Source: Antedon mediterranea
Taxonomy: Eukaryota > Animalia > Echinodermata
DNA length: 64,000 bases
NCBI RefSeq assembly: GCF_964355755.1
Contig: NC_092673.1
Span: 29,695,648-29,759,647, forward strand
Direction: 5' to 3'
Shown here: positions 53,201 to 64,000 of the stretch, piece after piece
How the letters are laid out: each line of letters starts with the position of its first letter
Numbering within the stretch: position 1 is the stretch's first letter
Made by a program: the position numbers and the translations under genes
The notes under the pieces: generated by a model
What the model was told of the DNA's origin: nothing
Seen by the model: the letters and a program-made list of their open reading frames with translations, nothing else
Database searches by the model: none

Positions 53201-56200
53201 TATTATATTGGATCCAAGCTTCAACGCACGCTGGAAGTATAACACTGCTTTCTCATGCTGGGATCGTAATGAATAGTAGTTACCTAGCAAGGCATAAATC
53301 GAAAATATATAATCCTACCCTTAATATAGGCTAAATTCACTAAATTTCACCATAAGTTCAGTTATATACGATATATCAATTCAATAAGTATATACAGACA
53401 GTATATAAATATTGAGTAAAATAAAAAGACAGCTAAAACGACTGACAAAAATAATACTCAATAAAACCTTAAAATATGTTGTAAATATGAGTAGTTGAAA
53501 TAGGAAATATTTATATAAAATGCATATTAAAAATAGCAAATGGTAAAACATGAAAACTATTAGATCTTGTAAAATGTTAGATAAAACATTTAAAATTGTA
53601 TAAAGGTTACATAATACACAATATCAATTATTCACAGAAATTTAACACTGGTAAGACCATTCCCAATAGTGATTCTCAATCAATAAGAAGTGGAGACATT
53701 AAAAATGCAACTTCATTTTACACTTCATAAGAAAAGAGCAAAATATTTATACCAATAACACAGCATGTTTCCACCCTGTATTTATCCACTTCACAAACAT
53801 GGTGTGCCAAGTACGCAAGCTCTGCTTTCATTTCCTAGCAAAACAAAATATAGTTTATTATCAAATCTGTAAACCTTGCTGTTGAGTGGACAGTATTATA
53901 TAAAATGGCATGCAATAGTATGCACTATTAAAAGTTCGTTTAATAGTACCCTTTTTCGTGTACGAAAACAAAAATCTGTTCGCATTTGGAAAATATAACA
54001 CGGTAGGTGTATTTATAAAATCCATATACACAATATTTCATATAATTATTAAAAACCAAATGTTACTGTTTTAATCAATGTGAATCAAATGTAGGCTTTG
54101 GCTATGCCTACCTTTTATTTGATTCAAATGACAGGAATCTATTTAGATGTTATATAAAACAAATAATGAATGTTTTATATTCGTGTAATGGTACAAATAA
54201 TGGCATCTGTCGCCTCGTTGATATATAACCAGTCAGCCTTTCATCTTTCATCATTCACCTCATGCCATTATTTGTACCACTACACTCATAAATATTCATT
54301 ATTATATATCAAACCACTTACTTTGCCTAACAATCCAGATTTTACACACATCGGGGCATCAATGCCATAAAAAACACAGGTGTTGACGCCCTGGTGTTTG
54401 TAAACTCCAGAGTTTGCTAGGTAACATGAAAGTGCTATAGGTCTTAAGTAAAACTTATATGACTAAAGCAGCTTATTGGTCTGACACAAAACTCAATACA
54501 TCTTTTACACCAAGATTACATTGATATCTGGTTAGTATAATAACTTACCCGCACATACAATAAGTTAGAATAAGTGTCCATGTTCTCCAAGCGATAAGGG
54601 TCTATCTTTTGAAGGTTATCAAACAATTTCAATGCACTCTCAAAATCTAGAAAATTAAATCGTAAGACAAATAAATAATTTATAAAATATTTCTTTATTC
54701 AAAAAACTTTAAAAATATATATATTATTTTTTCTTGTTCAATAACATAATTTGATAATGATCAAATAAACAAAAAACAGAACATAGTATTCTTAATAGCA
54801 TTATAATTTAGCATAAATATAATTAATAGTTAATGGCTGCCAGCCAGTGGGTAACATGATGTCCGGGCCTATTACTGGGCTCTAGTGTTATGTCTGGGCC
54901 TATTCCTGGTGCTATGATTACCTCTTAAGTTATGGTGGGCTACCGCAATTTGTGACATAATATAAGTGCTCTGTCCGAATCCAGCTTCGCTAAGTGCTCT
55001 GTAACGCTTCAATGATTCCTCGTTTAACTGAAGTTCTAAGTAGATATGCGACAAAAAAAGCTGCTTCATCCAGTGATCAGGTAATGTTAATGAATTTAAC
55101 TAGAAAATACAAAACCAACATTGATATCAGAGATACAAATATATGCCAAAGCCAGGGGTTCTTTGGTTTTCATAAAATTTGGCAAAAATTGTAACCCAGG
55201 GTTGATACGGTGGGATTATTTTCTTCAAAAGGGGAAAAATCATCTAGGCTACTTAAAACATATTTAGCATAATTTACACTGTTGTTCTTTAGTTTGAAAG
55301 GGCACTTCTGGAAATAAGGATCGGCTGAAACCCTTCATCCCTATATGCCGTATTAAAGGGCGTTACGCCCTTTAATATTTGGATCATTAGGTGATCATAA
55401 CCATTTCGAAAACAAGTTGTACGTTTTTGAAAATGTATACAAATTTGTCATTGTCATGGTGAATTAGTGAACATATATGACATAGTGTTATTAAAGTTCC
55501 AAATGGCTGGGTAAAAGGGTCTTTCACACCCGGCTACGCACATATCGATTGGCGCATAGCCGCGTGAAAACGAAACATTGATGTTCAATTCGCTGGACGG
55601 GAACCATGCCAGAACAGGTGTGAAAGACCCTAAAACGTTGAAAATCTTGGTCCTTGTTTATTTATGTAACCTTACCACTTCTTTACTTGATACCATGGAA
55701 GATAATTCAATCCAAGCGCCCCAGTATAGTGGATTTCTTTGTATAGATTCTGCTAATACTCTCATTGATTCTTTCTTCAGTTCTAACTTCTTTAAAACAA
55801 CTCCATACCTTTGGTAAGAACGAGCAAAAATGTAATTTTATTGACTTTTAAACAAGAAGATATAGATCATGGCACAAAAACACAGTGACAGATCGTGATT
55901 TGGAAAGTTTATAGGTAGGGTAGATGTAAGTCTGCAATTGAGTGTTATTGATTTTAAAATAAAAGAGGAAATATGGTGGAGTATGTGAAAAGGGTATGTG
56001 TAATGGATTGGTCCATTTTATTTGAAGGGGTGTTCCTTTATTTTCTAGGTACCAAGAAGCAATCAACTAGTATTATTACTTACAAGTATAAACAAAAGCT
56101 ATCCAATTGTCCTGCATTGTATTTTTTGCAGAGCTCAATTCTGAGTGATTTTAAAGTTTCATTTTTAGTAGCTTTATACTCAATTGGACCCATTTGTCCA

Positions 56201-59200
56201 GCTAACTCATCATATCTTTGTTTTTCTCCTGCCTGAAATATAAATAATAATACAGTAATATCTAACCGGGTACCCATTTATACACCTGGGTGGAGGGAGG
56301 CAAACGTAAGTATCTTGCCTAAGGATACAAGCAATGCGACAGAGTTGGGTTCGAACCTCGATCTCACGATCAGTAGTCCAACGTCCAACACACTGTGCCA
56401 CCCACCCTTACATAATAAATATAATAAATTATCAAATAAAAATAATAATTTAATTGATTTAAAATTATATAATAGCTCATTATATAATAGCTCATTATAT
56501 AATAGCTCTTTATTTATTAACAATGTAGTGGCAGCAAAAGCTGAATTGTTACATTCTGGTATACAGAAAAAAAGTTATCTGAAAGCTGGATTAGAATCTT
56601 TCCAGTAGTATAGGCAAATTGACATAATACAAGTGCCACTTGTGATAATGCAACACTTAGTATTTGCCTATGACATAAGTAATGCCATATATGGAGATAC
56701 AGTACAGAAATATTAATATTATAAAACTTAGTTAAAAACAACTATTGCTGTCGTTTAAATTCATTTATATAGAGTTTGTATATTAGAAGATTATTATGTA
56801 ATATTTTTTATGGATAAAGTCTGAAATAGAGAAATGATCAAATAAAAAAACATAGTTTGACTTACTAAATATTTGGCATATGCATAAATGAAATATGCTT
56901 TATGACTTGTGCAATCTTTAACAAAGAAAGCTGCCCGGTCATACTCCTTAACATCGAGGTATGATTTACCCAAAGTGTATTTATCAAATTCCAACAAAAA
57001 ATCCTAAAAGAAAATAAGGTTTAGCAGTTACATAAACATCATTATAGAGCATTTGACATATTAGTTTGTATTATGAACAAACAAAAATGATCTGGCTTTA
57101 GATTTAAATATTTGTTATTCATAGAATGTGCCTACCTCTGTGTCATCATTTGGTTTTGGTGCAGCTGATGGTTTTACTCCAGCTAAAGAATGGCACAACT
57201 CAGCACACCTACAAAAAATTGATCATATCATACATTTATTTACAGACCTCCCACCAACTCCCCCAATGATGGTGGTGGTCTCCCGATATTTTGAGTCATC
57301 TCCAGGGGTGCAGCCAGCAAAGAATTAAAGGGGGGGTCAACCAATATGTGAGTATTTTGCGAGCGAAGCGAGCAACCATGGGCTGGGGGCCAGGGGGCCG
57401 CCAAGGGCCCCCGGTTCCAGGGCCCCCTGGAAGCTTTGGCGGTCTAGGGCAATCTAGATCATTTGAATTGGTTTACGCACACACAAATATGACAATGTTA
57501 ACACTAATAAACTGAAACAAAGAAAACAAAAAACAACTCTCATTTTCACTATAGAACATTTTTATATTCCAGGCTGCCACAGACAAACACTTTTCTTCTT
57601 GCTTGTTTGTTGATTTGTGTAGAGAGGCTGTAAACTCAGAGGAGGAATTATTTGAATTCCTCCCTTTTCACCAATACAAAAGTTGCATGAAATGAACGTA
57701 GAGATGCAAAAGTTTGAAAAAAGAAACTAGAATGATAGCATGGAGTGATATTATTAAATGAGAACCGTAAGGTTAGAGTTCATACACTGTGCAAGTCCAA
57801 GAAGCTATCTTGGCTCCGTGTGTATGTGAGACGCTTATCATACCCAGTACATACAATATTTTGTTTAAAAATATACCTATTTTGTTCGAATGTATAGTAT
57901 AGGTGATAGCTTATACATAATTGTAATAACTAACTTCTAAATTGTTATCATACATTTTACGTTAGTTACTATAACGGCGCTCTAGACATCGCGTGATGCA
58001 TCTTTAAACATAAGTTTGGAACATTCTTCTTGGCTTGGAGACAGAATTCGCGAATGACATTCTCTGTATTAATGTTCATGTTAAAGTGTATGTTCATGAG
58101 GCACAATCCCGAAAGCTGCTCATAAGACATGTGATTTCGCAAACAGGTTTTCGTTCTCCATAAAGTCGAAAAACTTCGCTCAGCTTCAGCAGACGTTACG
58201 GGCATAGGCCTACGCGATTAGAAGAAGTGCACGCACATTCGGGAACACATCTGGATCCGCTAATTTTACACAGTCGCTTCCATCACTGAAGCTCGGAATG
58301 AAGATGTTCGTGTCTTGGCAGATCATCGTACCAAATTCAAGTTCCTTGAAGACTTCTTCAACATTACACTTCACGATAGACTCGGGTGCTACGCCAAATA
58401 TTTTAAAGCATGGCCTGTTATCGGCAGAAAAACGGGTGTTTAACTCGGTTTGTAAATGATCAAGAAGTTGATTTGGTAATACTGCTCGGTGGTAATCTTC
58501 CACAGTATCTCCAGGATGATTTGATCTGTATTGTTGTCTCATGTTTTTATTTATTTTTTCTAAAAAAGGGGAGGTGGGGGTCAAGACCCCGTGACACCCC
58601 CCCCCCCCCCACTGGCTGCGCCCCTGATCTCCCATATAAAAATGGGATAGGCATAAACCAAAAAATATCCAGATATATATAAATTTTACACTCCATGATA
58701 GAAGATGGTGAAGTTTGTCAACAATAAATATTAAAGGATTTATTTGTTACCAGCAATTATACCAGCCCCAGGGCGGGTTTCAAAATTAGTTTAAAGCCTT
58801 CTCAACACCCGACGCCAGTATCTGTCTATACTCACCAATCTCCACCCTTCTTCAATACCACCCCATACTCTTTTTTAAAAACAAATTCTTCCCAGTGATG
58901 GACAAATTCAATTCAACGTAAGCTTCAAATTGAGAGGAGTATACATAGCTATGATGGGTCTAATAATGGTTGAAGTACGTTGTAAATTGTGTAAATGAAT
59001 AGGTGTCATATTGGCTGATAATTAAAATATCTAATTTAGATACTGCGGGCCCCCAGCCTTCTTTCTCCTCTCACCACCCCAGCCACAATCAACAAACCTT
59101 AACTCCTCCCCTAGACAGTTCAAATATAGTAACTTTTCCTAGTACAATTCCAAGCATATAGGCTACTTCATTACGCCAATATTTTCGCTCTTCCACCTCC

Positions 59201-62098
59201 CCCTACAAACACACCCCAGATACACTGGGTGATGTGTTGAAGATGGTTCCAGTACAAATTATGTTATTATCACTCCCAACCCATAATCCCTCAGTGGCAG
59301 TTTTCAAATGTAGTTTAAAACATTCCAAATACAGTTTCGGTCATGGTGATAGGCCTACATCCCCACCCCAAACTCCCAGCCGCTTCCCAGGAATAATTAA
59401 ATACTTTAACATTTTCCAAACACAATTCTGGTCTAAGCAAAACCCCCACTATCCCCTGAACCACAACTCCCAACCCCACTCTCCCACAATGGACGTTTTT
59501 TCCTTGGAGGCATCGTGATGTAGTTGAACACAGTAACGGTAAACAACGTGTGTATGTTCACACCGGAATGGATGTCTGTAATGAGAAAATCCAAGAGACC
59601 GATACATAGCTGAACTGAACTGAACTTTTATTGTATCTCTTTTAAATCAGAGGCACAGTTTCAATGAGATGTGCAACAAGTTTACAGTGAAAAATAATAC
59701 ATACACACTTAAATATAAATACAAAACAAGAAATTAGACATAAGAACAAAATAACAAAAAAAAAAAAAATTTAAGAAAACTGAGACAGATTAAATACTAA
59801 GAAAATGAATAAATTAAGTTTGAGAAGGAATTGTATTATATATATCATTTCGTGTGTTCCAAGCCATGGTCAGAAAAATTTTACAATGTTTGTTGAAAAT
59901 AATACTTGCTAATTCGTATACATCATGGGTCAATTGATTTGGTGTAATTTTAAATTCATTATGGATTTCAAGATCATCGAAGAATAAGTGGTATTTAAGA
60001 TCTAGAGAGCTAGTAGTAAACAATTCCCAGAACATGGATAGATTATTGTTGTTTAGCTCATCTTTAAGGTTCATGAGTATTGGATGTCTAACGTACTCAA
60101 GTCGTTTGCATTCAAATATGAAATGATATACAGTTTCCTTTTCATTACAATTACACAATAAACATATACCTGCATTTTGAGATGACCATGCTTCTTTTCT
60201 ACCTTCAAGTGGTAGAGAATTGGAGCGAATTTTAAATTTTAGGTTTGAAGCATGGTAGTTACACTTATCTAATAAGTATTTTTCTAGTTTTGGTTCATTT
60301 TTATACCTTATATAATTACTTAGTGATGGTTTATTCTTAGCATTCTCAAGCCATTTCATCTTATCTCTTATAGTGTTTTTTTCTTTGAAACCTTTAAGCC
60401 AATTATTAGCATATTCTAAGTTAAAATGTTTTTGTATATCACAGTTGATTAAAATAGATTTTATATTATGTAGCCAATTCCAATTTAAAGTGTTTTCAAG
60501 TGCAAAGAGCGCTCTTAGCAGAACTTTTGGTAAACGACCTTCGTCCATGTTTTTCAATCTTTTGAATTAGGATATTTCTCTATCCGATAGTATGGACTCA
60601 ATCGATTGCCATCCAAGTTCACCATAAAGGGCTTCCTTTGCAACATACCTTGGTGCTTTTAAAAGATATTTAGCCATTTGATATTGCATATTTTCAATTT
60701 TTTGGATAGATGTTTTGCTTTCACAAAACCAAATACTGCATGCATAGGTTATACTTGGTATTCCAATGCCTTTCCAAAGTATATTACCATACATAATTCT
60801 ATTGAAATCATTTTGTTCATTTATGATTGATTTTATATATGCAATAATTCTGCTTCCTTTTTTAATCGTTTCATCTATATGGCATGTATCTTTTAAATGT
60901 CTTGATATGTGCATGCCTAGGTATTTATACGTGTTGGCTTCGTCTATAAATTTATTACCGATTGGCCATTTTCTATGTTTGTTAATGCGTTGGTTGGTTA
61001 CAATTACATATACTGGATATGGTTAAAGTACTTTGTTAAATGTGTAATTGAATAGGTGTCATATTGGTTAATGAATAAAATATGTTTATCTATATATGCC
61101 TTGCTGAGGATAATTAAAATACTGTAAAACTTTTGTAGTATAATTTTACAATTCGATAGCCTACAACCCCGAGCCCTAGCAAAAATGACATCACAAACCA
61201 CCACACCACCCCCCCCCCCCCCTCCCACAAAAACCCCAGGAGTCGGATGAATTTTTTTTAATGTAGTTTAAAACCTTCCGGGTACAATTGCCATCATTTT
61301 GATACCCCATACGTATGGTTACGTGCAGAAACAGAAATTTGTATAACGAACAAACATCGAAAGTGGGGGTTTTGACCACATTTTGGTCCCTAACATGGAT
61401 CCTAGGTGGCGGATGATGTTGAAATATAGCTTAGAACATTCCCGGTACAATTGCGGTCATTTTGATACAACATATGTAAGATTATGTGCAGTAACAAAAT
61501 TTTGTATAACGAACAAACAAACAAACAGACAGACAAACTCTCTCACTTATAATATAGATTTTTTATATGTGAAAGTATGCACAAGGCATCTACACAAAAT
61601 CAATACTAGCCTCTAGGCCTATACTATAGTAATACTAATACTAATAGGCCCTATATTTATTAATATAATATTATTTAAAGGTGTGTTTATCCACGAAGTT
61701 TAATTAACACATTTAGAGTAAAAAAAATATGTAGGTGCGAAACATCAGTAGGTCCAACCTAGGCAGCTACGGCTAGATAGGCGTCCTGGACCCTGAGTGA
61801 GACTAGGCCTAGCTAGAGGCCTAGGCCTAGTAGTAGTAGGCCTAACCTAGACTAGGCCCTACTAGCCTAGCTAGTAGTACGCATAGCTAGCCAGCAGGGC
61901 AGGCTATTTGGTAAGACTCTACTACTAGGCCTAAGCCTAGAGGTTTTATAAGTAATATCTAGACTACCATTTAACACTTTGTTGAAGGCTCCGTTGTGAA
62001 CATTGATGAATTGAAGTTAACAGCTCTCTTTTGATTTGTGGAAGGTTAATATCGCCGACAGAAGTTGTAGCGGCAAGAGGGATTGGAATTGCCGCCAT
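50150..62098 (-). CDS. CDC23: Cell division cycle 23 / APC8 (anaphase-promoting complex TPR subunit), 14 exons, ~588 aa
   Basis: Exons 61968-62098, 57136-57208, 56866-57003, 56084-56232, 55676-55808, 54922-55099, 54549-54646, 53753-53834, 52519-52683, 51938-52046, 51299-51436, 50851-50932, 50449-50565, 50150-50323 (1767 nt, phases consistent). Motifs [87 protein letters not shown]. Confidence 0.96.
52617..53310 (-). repeat. Six-copy 120-bp tandem array spanning the CDC23 intron 8/exon 9 acceptor
   Basis: tacctagcaa at 52681, 52801, 52921, 53041, 53161 and 53281. Confidence 0.95.
55516..55631. mobile_element. Small MITE (agggtctttcacacc TIR; Harbinger/Tourist-like)
   Basis: agggtctttcacacc ... 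ggtgtgaaagaccct with A/T-rich flanks. Confidence 0.6.
56263..56400 (-). mobile_element. tRNA-derived SINE (family B)
   Basis: Reverse complement: tggcacagtgtgttgg...ggttcgaaccc (A/B-box-like), then ccttaggcaagatactt...ccacccaggtgtataaatgggtacc, a core typical of metazoan SINEs. Confidence 0.7.
57303..58626 (-). mobile_element. Internally deleted hAT element with 5-bp TSD and a transposase remnant, in CDC23 intron 1
   Basis: Ends caggggtgcagccag / ctggctgcgcccctg; TSD atctc at 57298-57302 and 58627-58631; frameshifted remnant FPNV...[12 protein letters not shown]...LR..M...L.GL.LMNIH is the hAT C-terminal dimerisation domain. Confidence 0.85.
58750..61558 (-). mobile_element. Non-autonomous Helitron, copy 2, with a nested LINE fragment
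   Basis: Reverse complement of 44619-45778 with extra segments; TC start at 61558, CTGG end at 58750, A|T insertion site. Confidence 0.85.
59610..61008 (-). mobile_element. 5'-truncated LINE 3' fragment
   Basis: [19 protein letters not shown], and the C-terminal CCHC-like motif (CLLC...[10 protein letters not shown]); AATAAA plus (GTTCA)n tail at ~59610-59631. Confidence 0.85.
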
Positions 62099-62191
62099 CT
62101 TTAATCAAAGATATGTTTTTAACACGCCCTCTATAATTGCGATTACCGACGTGTGATCTTCTTGACGGGATCCAGGGGGGCGCGCCGGGCC

Positions 62192-63104
62192 GCGATTTTT
62201 TTTTTCGTACATAAGTTGGGGACCCCTCATGAAACGTCACAAAATAAACATGAATAATTCATCAGTTAAATTTGTTGTTCCGTGTGCACCCAAGCGTATA
62301 GCAACAAGAAGTGATTACACAACTGCGATACGATACTTTCTACAGTAGGCCTAGGATTGTAAGTCAATTCACGTGATTGCCTTCGCGCACTCTTCTTCAC
62401 ACAAAATGTGTCGAGTCGAGGCTAATCGACAGCTAGGCAAGACATTAAACTAAGTAGTAATTCATTGGACATTGCCCAAAGAAAGCTTAGACCCACAAGA
62501 ATAAAGAATGTGTATAATTTGTGTACTGTATTTTTTTAATTCTGCTATTTTATTATCAAACAATATGCATGTACTCAAAGGAACTTTAAAAATGCGCGTA
62601 CACATGAGATGGGAAGATTTGACCCACGAGAATAAAAAATGTATTTTTGTGTAATGTTTATTGTTTAATTTTGCTGACTTATTACTCGGATTGTGTCATA
62701 CCAAAGATAGTGTAACTATCTTTGGTCATACCTAACACACACACACACGTCACACACATCCACACAGCTACTACTAGAATAGACATGGGTTTAGAGACTA
62801 ATAATTAGGCCTAATAGTATTAATAGAAACTATAATTTTAACACGTAATTCTTTAGTAATAAATTATATTAAAAACACCATAAACTAAAGGCCGATTATT
62901 TCGACAATCCACACAAAACTCCGCTATTCTATTATGAAATCAGCGGAGATAGGCCTAGAATCGTACCGCACTTGTGTAATCACTTCTTGTTGCTATACGC
63001 TTGGGTGCACACGGAACAAGAAAATTTAACTGATGAATTATTCATGTTTATTTTGTGACGTTTCATGAGGGGGTCCCCAACTTATGTACGAAAAAAAAAA
63101 TCGC
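62192..63104 (+). mobile_element. ~900-bp Mutator-like MITE, copy 2
   Basis: Near-identical to 31453-32351. Confidence 0.88.
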
Positions 63105-63113
63105 GGGCCGGGG

Positions 63114-64000
63114 GCGATTTTTTTTTTCGTACATAAGTTGGGGACCCCCTCATGAAACGTCACAAAATATACATGAATAATTCATCAGTTAATTTTTCTT
63201 GTTCCGTGTTCACCCAAGCGTACGTATAGCAACAAGAGTGATTACACAAGTGCGGTACGATTCTAGGCCTATCTCCGCTGTTGTTGCGGCGTGCGATTTC
63301 ATAGAAGAATAGCGGCGTTTTGTGTGGATTGTCGAAATAATCAGCCTTTAGTTTATGGTGTTTCTAATATAATTTATTACTAAAGAATACGTGTTAAAAT
63401 TATAGTTTCTATTAATACTATTAGGCTAAACATTAGTCTCTAAACCCATGTCTATATCTAGTACACTAGTAGTAGCTGTGTGGGTGTGTGTGACGTGTGT
63501 GTGTGTTAGGTATGACCAAAGATAGTTACACTATCTTTGGTATGACACAATCCGAGTAATAAGTCAGCAAAATTAAACAATAAACATTACACAAAAATAC
63601 ATTTTTTATTCTAGTGGGTCAAATCTTCCCATCTCATGTGTTCATATACGCGCATTTTTAAAGTTCCTTTGAGTACATGCATATTGTTTGATAATAAAAT
63701 AGCAGAATTATAAAAATACAGTACACAAATTATACACATTCTTTATTCTTGTGGGTCTAAGCTTTCTTTGGGCTATGTCCAATGAATTACTACTTAGTTT
63801 AATGTCTTGCCTAGCTGTCGATTAGCCTCGACTCGACAAATTTTGTGTGAAGAAGAGTGCGCGAAGGCATCACGTGAATTGATTTAGAATCCTAGGCCTA
63901 CTGTAGAAAGTATCGTATCGCAGTTGTGTAATCACTTCTTGTTGCTATACGCTTGGGTGCACACGGAACAACAAATTTAACTGATGAATTATTCATGTTT
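63114..64000 (-). mobile_element. ~900-bp Mutator-like MITE, copy 3 (inverted, runs off the window edge)
   Basis: Reverse complement of copy 2; starts 9 bp after it. Confidence 0.88.

Noticed and set aside
52484-53290. 268-aa repetitive ORF as a separate novel gene
   Set aside because: It is CDC23 exon 9 extended through the 120-bp array; it has no start or promoter of its own.
52669-53334. 221-aa plus-strand repeat ORF
   Set aside because: Antisense by-product of a stop-free repeat unit that is a multiple of 3.
56330-56400. tRNA gene (also 92-160 and 44080-44140)
   Set aside because: A/B-box-like heads continue into SINE bodies and do not form a complete cloverleaf.

Overview
AT-rich, intron-containing animal genomic DNA, probably from a marine invertebrate (inference from the gene set and TE content). 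Five spliced genes can be reconstructed by hand: CCT7 (minus strand, 3' part runs off the left edge), MRPS26 (plus, head-to-head with CCT7), MGMT (minus), a CHST15-like sulfotransferase (minus, needs a GC-AG intron) and CDC23/APC8 (minus, 14 exons). The rest is heavily nested TEs: two nested LINEs, a young non-coding LTR element, Helitrons, hAT/P/Mutator/pogo-like non-autonomous elements, a foldback element, SINEs and apparent excision footprints. The most unusual signal is six tandem duplications (64-120 bp units) that sit exactly on exon boundaries of CCT7 and CDC23. In one, the CDC23 exon 9 array, every 120-bp unit is itself a GT...AG intron-like sequence joined by AG|GT sites. No prokaryotic features or CRISPR arrays were found.
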